Part shown: positions 1 through 7,396 of the stretch, piece after piece
Numbering within the stretch: the first letter of the stretch is position 1
Layout: every line of letters starts with the position of its first letter
Virus record (IMG/VR): IMGVR_UViG_3300036793_000104
Span: 1 to 62,034 of that record
DNA length: 62,034 bases
Source: a virus
Taxonomy: Duplodnaviria; Caudoviricetes
Reading direction: 5' to 3' (one strand)
Program-made: the position numbers and the translations under genes
Notes under the pieces: generated by a model
Database searches by the model: none
Told to the model about the DNA's origin: nothing
Seen by the model: only the letters and a program-made list of their open reading frames with translations

Positions 1-169
1 CACCTGTCGGCCAGCGACGTGTTCGAGGTCGAAGACACCGAAGGTCTGCCGGTGATCCAGCGGGAAGCGATCGCCTGGTGTCACGAGTGGACCGACCGCC
101 GGGGCCGGAGGCACCAGTGCTACTCGCGGCCTCACGAGGAAGGCACGCGGCACCGGTGCAGCTGCGGCA
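1..169. repeat. Terminal direct repeat, left copy (circular overlap)
   Basis: Positions 1-169 match 61866-62034 except G102 vs A61967. Confidence 0.97.
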
Positions 170-191
170 CAACGACAGCATGGGAGAAGCC

Positions 192-542
192 ATGACCGAG
201 ATCGTCCCTGTGACCCTGGTCGATGAGGTTGCGCAGTACGGTCCGACCCGGCGTATCAACGTGCTGGTCGCGTCGTGGTTGGCGTTGTTCGACCGTTATC
301 ACACGCAGCGGTGCTATTACCGCGACGTGGAAATGTGGCTGAAGTTCTGCGGTGAGATCGGCGTCGATCCGCTGGCCGCTCGTCCGTTGCACGTCGACAA
401 ATGGATGGAGCGGGACTGCGGTTACCGGCTGGATGCGAAGGAGGCGAGTAAGACGCGGCGGGTGTGGGCGGTCTCGTCTTGGTACGGGTTCCTGGTCGAG
501 CGCGGAGTTATCACGCAGAACCCTGTGGCGGGTTCCCGATGA
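192..542 (+). CDS. Stand-alone tyrosine-recombinase core-binding (SAM-like N-terminal) domain protein, no catalytic domain
   Basis: ATG192 overlaps the stop of the wrap-around ORF (ATGA). The pattern T.R.Y..D...WL.FC...G.DPL.....HVD.W...ASK.RR..AVSSWY.FL...G....NPV is typical of XerC/D N-terminal domains, and the ORF stops immediately after NPV. Confidence 0.7.
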   Translation: MTEIVPVTLVDEVAQYGPTRRINVLVASWLALFDRYHTQRCYYRDVEMWLKFCGEIGVDPLAARPLHVDKWMERDCGYRLDAKEASKTRRVWAVSSWYGFLVERGVITQNPVAGSR

Positions 543-620
543 AGCGTTTCAGGGAATCCGGCATTAGTTATGGAAACTGCTCTTCTCATAACCTAAATCG
601 GACTTAGATCGGAGTAAGAA

Positions 621-956
621 ATGAAGATGGTGGAATACGCCAGCTACCCGGATCCGAGCACCATTCCGCAACTGGAGACGGCCGCCGAGGCTGAGGCGTT
701 GTTGCAGGAGTTGGCGCAGACCAACGAATGGGTTTCCGTGTTCTGGGATCGGGGGTGGGGCGACGTTGGCACCCCCCTGGAGATCACGATCATTGTCGAT
801 GGCAACGGCCAGCAGCCAAAGGCGCTGATCAACGCTGAGATCTACAACGATCTCCGCGAGCGAGAGGTCATCGACCGGAACACACTGCAGACCTACAAGG
901 CGCGCAAGCTCCACGACTTCTGCAACCCAGACGACCGGTCACGCGTGAAGTCGTGA
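621..956 (+). CDS. Hypothetical protein (lower GC than neighbours)
   Basis: 111-aa ORF with GGAG RBS, preceded by an AT-rich tract; stop overlaps the next start. Confidence 0.7.
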   Translation: MKMVEYASYPDPSTIPQLETAAEAEALLQELAQTNEWVSVFWDRGWGDVGTPLEITIIVDGNGQQPKALINAEIYNDLREREVIDRNTLQTYKARKLHDFCNPDDRSRVKS

Positions 957-1954
957 ACGAGCTCGCAATCCCCTCCGTCTCCGCGGTCCAGCTGCCCGAG
1001 GCAGCCCCCTCTCCCGTCGCTACCTACCTTCAGTCACTCGGCTCCGTCGATTCCCGCCGCACGATGCAAGGCGCGCTCGACCAGATGGCCGCACTGCTCG
1101 CCGGCGACGGAGTCAAGGCTGACGCGATCCCGTGGCACGACCTGCGACCCGACCGCACGACATGGTTGAAAGCCGCACTACTGGAGCGGTACAAGCCGTC
1201 CACGGTCCGCAAGATGCTCGCCGCGCTCTCCGGGGTCCTGAAGCAGTGCTGGCGGGAAGGGCTGCTCGATGACGTCGCCTACCGCCGCCTGATCGACTGG
1301 GGTCAGGTGAAGGGGTCGGGGCTGACCGGTGCCAACGCCGGGCGTCACGTCACGGCAGCGGAGGTACGCGCCCTGTTCTGGGCGTGCGCCGACAGCCCGT
1401 ACCTCGCGACCGCGGCCCGCAACGCCTCCGTGCTAGGCGTCCTGTTCGGCGCCGGACTACGCCGGGCGGAGATCGTCGCGCTCGACCTGGAGCACTTCGA
1501 TCCGCAGACCGGCGAGACGACGGTGCGCGGTAAGGGCAACAAGATCCGCCTGTGCTACGTCACGGGCGGCGGCCGGGAGGCGGTGCAGGCATGGCTTCGG
1601 GTGCGCGGCCAGGAGCCCGGCCCGCTGTTCGTCGCGGTGAACAAGGTTGGCCGGCTGGATCCGGCGAGGCGTCGGCTGACGACGCAGGCGGTGTACGCGA
1701 TGCTGCAACGGCTGGCGCGGACGGCGAAGGTTGCCCCGTTCTCTCCGCACGATGGCCGCCGCACGTTCGCGGGCGATCTGCTGGACGCTGGCGTGGACGC
1801 TGCGACGGTGCAGAAGATGCTGGGGCACGCGTCGCTGGCAACGACGGGCATGTACGACCGGCGCGGCGAGCGAGCGAAGCAGCAGGCAGCAGGGCAGGTG
1901 CACATCCCGTATGTTCAACCGACGACGCTGCCGACGCTAGGTGAGGCGTCATGA
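953..1954 (+). CDS. XerC/D-like tyrosine recombinase
   Basis: Catalytic motifs GLRRAE (R), GKGNK (K), HDGRR (HxxR), LGHAS (H), TTGMYD (Y); core-binding domain present, no arm-binding domain. Confidence 0.93.
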   Translation: MNELAIPSVSAVQLPEAAPSPVATYLQSLGSVDSRRTMQGALDQMAALLAGDGVKADAIPWHDLRPDRTTWLKAALLERYKPSTVRKMLAALSGVLKQCWREGLLDDVAYRRLIDWGQVKGSGLTGANAGRHVTAAEVRALFWACADSPYLATAARNASVLGVLFGAGLRRAEIVALDLEHFDPQTGETTVRGKGNKIRLCYVTGGGREAVQAWLRVRGQEPGPLFVAVNKVGRLDPARRRLTTQAVYAMLQRLARTAKVAPFSPHDGRRTFAGDLLDAGVDAATVQKMLGHASLATTGMYDRRGERAKQQAAGQVHIPYVQPTTLPTLGEAS

Positions 1955-2003
1955 CGCACAAGCTGACCGAGCACCTGCTCGGCAAGGATGAGGAGGAAGC
2001 ATC

Positions 2004-2333
2004 GTGAGCGAGAATGACGACCTGCGATGCACGGCAGTGTCGGACAGCGGAGAGCGGTGCGTTCTCGCGGCGAATCACTACGGCGACAACCCGACGCAGT
2101 ACCTGCACGCCCTCGACGGGACCAGCGACACAGGCGACGGTGTGCGCCGTTTCGGGGTGGGCGGACACATGCCGTCTACACCTCGCCTGACGCCGACCGG
2201 TGAAGAGATCGACGGACTCCTCCAACTGTGGAAGGTGCATCCTTCGCGGCCGACCGAGGGCAACGAGCTGGCCAACTACCGCAGGCGGGTGCGGAACGCC
2301 ATCCTCGCACTGCTGAAGGGAGAGGAGTCGTGA
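2004..2333 (+). CDS. Hypothetical protein
   Basis: GAGGAGG RBS, GTG start, overlaps next gene. Confidence 0.65.
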   Translation: MSENDDLRCTAVSDSGERCVLAANHYGDNPTQYLHALDGTSDTGDGVRRFGVGGHMPSTPRLTPTGEEIDGLLQLWKVHPSRPTEGNELANYRRRVRNAILALLKGEES

Positions 2334-2752
2334 CGATCGTCGAGTTCCTGACCGCGCGGTACACCGAGGCGGAGAAGGTGGCGCGTGCTGTGAAGCCGCT
2401 CGGCGAGGTCATCGTGATGGGTGGCGAGCGGCATCCGGAGACATTTGGCCATTCGCGCTACACAGTCGCCTCCGCAGACGGGTATCCCCGAACGCTGAGC
2501 GATCCTGAAGCGAGCAAGCACTTCGCCCGCTACGAGCCCGCCGAAGTACTGGCTGATCTGGCGGCGAAGCGGGCGATCCTGGACGAGTACGAGCGCATTG
2601 CCCTGTCGGCCGACACCTACCCGTGCGCGCCGAACTTCGCATCGCTGATCGCCATGGGCGGTTGCCTTAAGATCCTCGCCCTGCCGTTCGCCGATCACGA
2701 CGACTACGACCAGGCGTGGACAAGTGGCATCGTGAGCCACCATCGCGGGTAG
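2330..2752 (+). CDS. DUF6221-like actinophage protein
   Basis: EFLTARY.E...VLADLAAKRAILD...LKILALPFADH.DY...W pattern; GAGGAG RBS. Confidence 0.7.
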   Translation: MTIVEFLTARYTEAEKVARAVKPLGEVIVMGGERHPETFGHSRYTVASADGYPRTLSDPEASKHFARYEPAEVLADLAAKRAILDEYERIALSADTYPCAPNFASLIAMGGCLKILALPFADHDDYDQAWTSGIVSHHRG

Positions 2753-2762
2753 AACACCACGA

Positions 2763-2799
2763 ACGAGGCTCCAGCGGCTGCTACCGCTGGGGCCTTCGT
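2763..2799. terminator. Hairpin between convergent genes, probable bidirectional terminator
   Basis: ACGAGGCTCCAGCGG ... CCGCTGGGGCCTTCGT inverted repeat. Confidence 0.65.
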
Positions 2800-2804
2800 C
2801 ATGC

Positions 2805-3131
2805 TCAGCCCGGCCCGGTCGTCCCGTTCGTGATGTCGGCGATCGCCTCGTCCATCAACCGCTGCAACGTCGGCCGGTCGAACCCGGCGCACACCGGCTT
2901 CCGGGTCGACGGCGGGTACGGGTCGCTCTTGTTCGTCCAGCCGTTCTCGTAGTCGACGCGGATCGCGTTCCGGCATGTCGCTTCGACCGGTGTCGGCTTC
3001 GCCTTCGGGGTCACGGTCACGGTCGCTGTGACGGTCGCCGGTGCCGCCTTCGGTGTGCCGCCCCCGCCGCACCCCGCCAGTACCACCGCCGCGAGCACCC
3101 CGGCCGCGGCCACCCCAATAGCGTTCTTCAT
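2805..3131 (-). CDS. Small lipoprotein
   Basis: Signal peptide with lipobox LAGC, Thr/Val/Pro linker, two further Cys. Confidence 0.8.
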   Translation of the reverse strand: MKNAIGVAAAGVLAAVVLAGCGGGGTPKAAPATVTATVTVTPKAKPTPVEATCRNAIRVDYENGWTNKSDPYPPSTRKPVCAGFDRPTLQRLMDEAIADITNGTTGPG

Positions 3132-3191
3132 CGCTCCCCCACTCCCCAGTAGACGGCCGATTGTGACACCCCGTGTCCGGCCTTGGCTACC

Positions 3192-3998
3192 TCAGGTCAG
3201 GTCGACGCCGTAATGCAGCACGTACTCCGGGCCCGGCACGATGACCCGCGATGCCTCGACCGGCCGGTCCCCCACCAGGAACACGCGCACCACATCGAAC
3301 ACCGGGGCCGCGGTCTCCATGCGCAGCGCGCGCCGCTCCTCGTCCCGCGGCGCCCGGGTACGGACCTCCTCGTCCACCCACGTCGCCACCAGGCCGAGCG
3401 AGTGGAGCTCGGCGATCGTGCCGCCCGGCCATGGCTGCCGGCCAACCTCCGCCACCGGGGTGCCGCCTGCGATGTCCCACGGGATCGCCGACCGTTGCAG
3501 CTGCACCGGGCGGCCCTTCACGTACTTCGTGAAACGGCGCCGCAGAATGTCGGTGCCCTCTGGTACACGCAGCCGACGCGCATCCTCCGCTGTTGCTGGT
3601 TCCTTCGCGACCTCGACGTCGACCGTGTAGTCCTGCCAGCCGATCCCGTGGTCGGCGGTGAACGCTGACCGGAGCGGGTGGTCGCCTCCGCGACGCAGGA
3701 CCTCGAGTTCTTCGACGTACCGGGCGGCGGCCATGCGGCGTTGCATCGGCGCTTCGGCGACGCGGGTCGCGGTGCCTTGCCGGCGGACGACGAGTCCGTC
3801 GTTGATGAGTTGGTCGATGCCGCGGCGGATCTGCTCGCGGGACATGCCGGTTGCGTCTTTCATCTGCTTCTCGGAGGGGATCTCTTCGCCTGGGGTGAGG
3901 CGGCCGTCGTCGATCGCTTCTCGGATCCGCGCTGCGAGCTGCTGGTACTTGGGTAGCTGCGCGTGGGGGTCGATCAGCGCGGTGAGGTCGATCGGCAT
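3192..3998 (-). CDS. GntR/HutC-family (UTRA) repressor, KorSA/KorA-like (copy 1)
   Basis: wHTH PKYQQLAARIREAIDDGRL.PGEEIPSE...SREQIRRGI..L...GLV.RRQG..T.V followed by a UTRA-type domain; divergent from the transfer operon. Confidence 0.9.
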   Translation of the reverse strand: MPIDLTALIDPHAQLPKYQQLAARIREAIDDGRLTPGEEIPSEKQMKDATGMSREQIRRGIDQLINDGLVVRRQGTATRVAEAPMQRRMAAARYVEELEVLRRGGDHPLRSAFTADHGIGWQDYTVDVEVAKEPATAEDARRLRVPEGTDILRRRFTKYVKGRPVQLQRSAIPWDIAGGTPVAEVGRQPWPGGTIAELHSLGLVATWVDEEVRTRAPRDEERRALRMETAAPVFDVVRVFLVGDRPVEASRVIVPGPEYVLHYGVDLT

Positions 3999-4046
3999 GC
4001 ACAGATCGTAGCCGAGTGTCGCGACACACTGCGGGATGTTGACATG

Positions 4047-4075
4047 TTGCCTTGTCTAGACGAGTGACGTACCGT
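4047..4075 (+). promoter_or_regulatory. Promoter of the transfer operon with overlapping HutC-type operator
   Basis: TTGCCT(4047)-17 bp-TACCGT(4070); near-perfect palindrome CTTGTCTAGACGAG at 4051-4064. Confidence 0.7.
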
Positions 4076-4128
4076 TGTTGACTACGCGCGCGCAGTACGT
4101 GCGGGCGCGGGAGAGAACGGGGTCACGA

Positions 4129-4374
4129 ATGGCGAACGAGCAGAAGCTCAAGCTCACGCTGAAGAACGTCGTCACCGACCGCGAGTGGAAGTACAAGCCG
4201 ATGACCGTCACCGCAGACCCCGACGACCACCGGGCACTCCGCGGCCACATGGAAACCATGGCCCGCGACCTCGACCGACGCTCCGGCCGTGGCTGGCTCA
4301 GCGACTACACCGCCACCGTCGAGGTGGTCGACCAGTCCTGGCGGAAACCCTTCACCATCTCCGGTGGGAACTGA
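4129..4374 (+). CDS. Hypothetical protein, first gene of the transfer operon
   Basis: MANEQKL... ORF; TGATG coupling to next gene. Confidence 0.65.
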   Translation: MANEQKLKLTLKNVVTDREWKYKPMTVTADPDDHRALRGHMETMARDLDRRSGRGWLSDYTATVEVVDQSWRKPFTISGGN

Positions 4375-4661
4375 TGGCCGCCGACACCGTGACCCCTCTC
4401 GACCGTGGACTCGACCCGCACCAGGTGCGGCTGTCCCGCCTGCAACAGAAAGCGAAGAAGAGCCGCGCCGCCTTCGTCATCAAGTTCGCTCGCGCCCACT
4501 CCGCCCGCGAAAAGTTCGACATCGCCGCCGACTACATGCGCAGCATCACGAACAATCCAGGCGTCGAGCACAGCCAGGCGCAAGACGCTCTGGAGCAACT
4601 CGCGCGGCTGATGATCGATCGGACGGACCAGCTCGCCAAGACCATCCGGAGGATCCGATGA
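4374..4661 (+). CDS. Hypothetical protein (transfer operon)
   Basis: MAADTVTP... 95 aa; coupled to both neighbours. Confidence 0.7.
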   Translation: MAADTVTPLDRGLDPHQVRLSRLQQKAKKSRAAFVIKFARAHSAREKFDIAADYMRSITNNPGVEHSQAQDALEQLARLMIDRTDQLAKTIRRIR

Positions 4662-5035
4662 GCGCCCCGGAGCACGTTGCCTCAGTCACCCAACTCCCCG
4701 TCCGGGCGCTTGGTACCACTCCCCCGGTGCCGTCGCCTGCCGTGGCCGACGTGCCGCGGGAGCCGATCATCACCCTCGACGCGGTAAAGGACGCGATCCA
4801 GCCGCCTGACATCTGGTCCGACCGGCGACCGTCGCTGCGCGAGATCTGGCTGTACGGGGTGTACGGACGCTGGACCCGAGCGAAGGGTCCGGTCCGGATC
4901 GCCGGCGCGGTCTACGCCACGGTCATTGCTCTGCCGATCCACGCGCTCGCCTACATCTTCTGCTGGCTCGCTGAACGCCCCGCTCGATTCTTCGTCGTCG
5001 CGACCGTCGCGGCGTTGACCATGCTCGCTCTCTGA
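4658..5035 (+). CDS. Membrane protein, Spd/mobile-element transfer-like
   Basis: MSAPEHV...; two C-terminal hydrophobic segments; RPSLREIW and W...RP.R motifs; operon context. Confidence 0.6.
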   Translation: MSAPEHVASVTQLPVRALGTTPPVPSPAVADVPREPIITLDAVKDAIQPPDIWSDRRPSLREIWLYGVYGRWTRAKGPVRIAGAVYATVIALPIHALAYIFCWLAERPARFFVVATVAALTMLAL

Positions 5036-5046
5036 AAGGAAGTCAC

Positions 5047-5490
5047 ATGGGTCTCACGTTGGGAGGTATCGCAGCGATCTCCCTCGTCATTGCTATCGGC
5101 CTGATGGTCGTCGGGATCGCCAAGCAAGCCGTCGTCTACCTGATGCTGATCGCCGGACTCGGCCTGTCCGGTCTGATCGGCGTAGCGCTCGGCCGGATCA
5201 TGGGCAGCGCGGTGAAGGGCACCGCGACCGCTGGCGACGCCGTGCTCGGGGCAGGCGGCCTCGGCACGCTCGTGCTGTTCGCGTTCCTGTCCACCCTGCT
5301 GGTCCCCCGGCTCAAGCCGCGCAGTAACCCGCCGACCAAGTGGACGAAGTGGATCGCACTGTCCTACGGCTCGGTCATGGTCGCCACGGGCGGCATCGTC
5401 TCCGCGCTCATGGGTCTGCAACAGAACGTCGTGACGCAGGCCGCGAGCGCGCTCATGTCGGCCGCCACCGCGATCGTCGGAGGGTTCTGA
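5047..5490 (+). CDS. Multi-pass membrane protein, Spd-like
   Basis: GAAAGGA RBS; about four Gly/Ala-rich hydrophobic helices; operon context. Confidence 0.65.
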   Translation: MGLTLGGIAAISLVIAIGLMVVGIAKQAVVYLMLIAGLGLSGLIGVALGRIMGSAVKGTATAGDAVLGAGGLGTLVLFAFLSTLLVPRLKPRSNPPTKWTKWIALSYGSVMVATGGIVSALMGLQQNVVTQAASALMSAATAIVGGF

Positions 5491-5494
5491 CCTC

Positions 5495-6199
5495 ATGCTG
5501 AAGCGCGTCATTCTGTTCGGGGGTGCCCTCGTCGTCGCGGTGGCTGCGGGCTGGGCGTCGTTCGCGACGCTCGCAGCGCTGGCCAAGGCGACGCAGTGGC
5601 CGGGCGGGTACTTCCTGCTGCCGACCAGCATCGACGTGCTCGGCGCTCTCGCCTGCTACGTGTGGCTGACAAAGTCGTTCCCGCAGGACGCCCGCCGGTT
5701 CGCCCGGTGGACGACGCTGTTCGTGATCGCTGCGTCGGTGGTCGGCAACGGCATCGGGCACCTGGTGTCGTTCGGGAAGCTGACCCCGTCTGTCCTGTTG
5801 ATCGTCCTGGTCGGCGCCGTCCCGCCCTCGTCGCTGGCCGCCCTGATCCACCTGATCGTCCTGGCGACCTCGACCCCGGTCCCGGCGAAGCAGGTCCGGA
5901 AGACCGAGCCGGCCCGTCCTCAAGCCAAGACCGAGCCGCCGGCGGTTCCGGCCAAGCCGTCCTCGCCCCCGAAGAAGACGGCCGTCCCGAAGCCGAGTCC
6001 GGTGAAGTCCGGTCCGGAGTCCGGTCCGGTCGTGGATGACGTCCTGATGCAGCGTGCGCGGCATGCGGACCGGACCTACCAGGAGAAGAACAACGGCAGC
6101 CCGATCACGCGGGACGCGCTGAAGGCTGAGCTGAAGATCGGGACGGGCAAGGCGACTGACCTGCTCGACGCCCTGAAGAAGGAGAGGGAGGTGGCGTGA
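5495..6199 (+). CDS. SpdA-like / DUF2637 membrane protein with C-terminal HTH-like domain
   Basis: ASF..L..LA...LP.SID...SV.GN...AVPP..LA...HL transmembrane pattern, Pro/Lys linker, then ITRDALKAELKIGTGKATDLL. Confidence 0.75.
   Translation: MLKRVILFGGALVVAVAAGWASFATLAALAKATQWPGGYFLLPTSIDVLGALACYVWLTKSFPQDARRFARWTTLFVIAASVVGNGIGHLVSFGKLTPSVLLIVLVGAVPPSSLAALIHLIVLATSTPVPAKQVRKTEPARPQAKTEPPAVPAKPSSPPKKTAVPKPSPVKSGPESGPVVDDVLMQRARHADRTYQEKNNGSPITRDALKAELKIGTGKATDLLDALKKEREVA
5996..6029 (+). repeat. Tandem AGTCCGGTCCGG repeats inside the spdA-like gene
   Basis: AGTCCGGT at 5996; AGTCCGGTCCGG at 6006-6017 and 6018-6029. Confidence 0.9.
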
Positions 6200-7227
6200 T
6201 GGAGATCGTGATCATCGTCGCGATCTGGTCGGTCATCGTGAAGCGCGGTGTGGAGGACATCCTGCACACCGCGCGCGGCGGGACCCCGCACCGGTATGAG
6301 GCGGCGAGGGCGCGGCGTTCGTCAGGTGCCGCAGGGCGGTACTGGAGTACGTTGCGCGACGACACTTTCGAAGACCTGCTGCGGAAGCACAGCGAGCGGC
6401 GCGACCGTCGCCTCGCTGGGGGGTCGCCGAAGGTGGATCGTCCACGGGGTGCAGCGACCCAGTACTTCGCCGGCCTGTTGCAGGACGGGCGTCGCGGGGC
6501 GCGCCGGTCCTGGGACGGGGCGTGGGTGAGGCGGGACGAGAAGCGCCGCGCGAAGTCGACTCGTCCTCGTCCTGGTCAGGAGACGGTCCCGGGCGTAGTC
6601 GTCCCGAACGCTCCGTCTGAGGACGGGACGCAGGACGGTGCTCAGGACGAGAGCCAGGACCGTCCTCAGGACGACACGGGACCTGCCCCCCACGTCGTCC
6701 CGACCGAGGGCGGCAGGACGGACCTGCGATTCGGGGACGACCCGACCGACCCGACCGGGACGAAGCTGTGCCCGGAATGCGGCGGGACCGTCCTCGTCGA
6801 CGGCGAGATCTGCCTGTCCTGCCGCGACCGGCAAGAGCAACGCAACCAGCACTACGACAACCAGACCATCACCACCCCGGAGGGCGGCGAACAGGGCTCG
6901 CCCGACACCCAGGAAGGACCCACCACCATGACCGCAACCAACATCGAGGTCGTCGGACTCGACGGCGCGATCCGCTTCTGCGAGGACTCCGCCCGCGCGT
7001 ACCGCGCTCAGGCCCAGGCCATCGACAACACCCAGGGCAGCCTCCAGGCGGGCGGCGTGACGGGCATCGCTGTCGACTCGCTGACGCAGGCGATGGACCA
7101 GGCGAACGCAGCCGCGACCCAGATGGACGCGGCGGCTGCCGAGTTCGTGAAGCACAAGCAGGTCCAGGAGGCGTACAACGCGAACCAGGGTGCCGGCGAC
7201 CGGGACTTCATCCTCGCCGGGCAGTGA
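6196..7227 (+). CDS. Membrane-anchored protein with Zn-ribbon and helical C-terminal domain (TraA-like position before traB)
   Basis: N-terminal hydrophobic helix, Arg-rich region, CPEC..CLSC, Ala/Gln-rich C-terminus. Confidence 0.7.
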   Translation: MMEIVIIVAIWSVIVKRGVEDILHTARGGTPHRYEAARARRSSGAAGRYWSTLRDDTFEDLLRKHSERRDRRLAGGSPKVDRPRGAATQYFAGLLQDGRRGARRSWDGAWVRRDEKRRAKSTRPRPGQETVPGVVVPNAPSEDGTQDGAQDESQDRPQDDTGPAPHVVPTEGGRTDLRFGDDPTDPTGTKLCPECGGTVLVDGEICLSCRDRQEQRNQHYDNQTITTPEGGEQGSPDTQEGPTTMTATNIEVVGLDGAIRFCEDSARAYRAQAQAIDNTQGSLQAGGVTGIAVDSLTQAMDQANAAATQMDAAAAEFVKHKQVQEAYNANQGAGDRDFILAGQ

Positions 7228-7246
7228 GCGCACGTCGAGCGCCTCG

Positions 7247-7374
7247 GGTCCGGTTGGTCCGGTCCGGGGCGCTTGACATGTACCGAAAGTCTCGCGTACG
7301 CGCGGGCGCGCGCGAAGGCGCCTTGAAGGCGTCAGATCGAGTTCCGCCCGGACCGGACTCCACCGGACCGGACT
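7247..7374. repeat. Inverted clusters of the RGTCCGGTCCGG motif upstream of traB (candidate clt/sps-type site)
   Basis: GGTCCGGT at 7247; GGTCCGGTCCGG at 7256-7267; CCGGACCGGACT at 7348-7359 and 7363-7374. Confidence 0.8.
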
Positions 7375-7396
7375 TAGGTAGGGAGAGGAGCACTCG

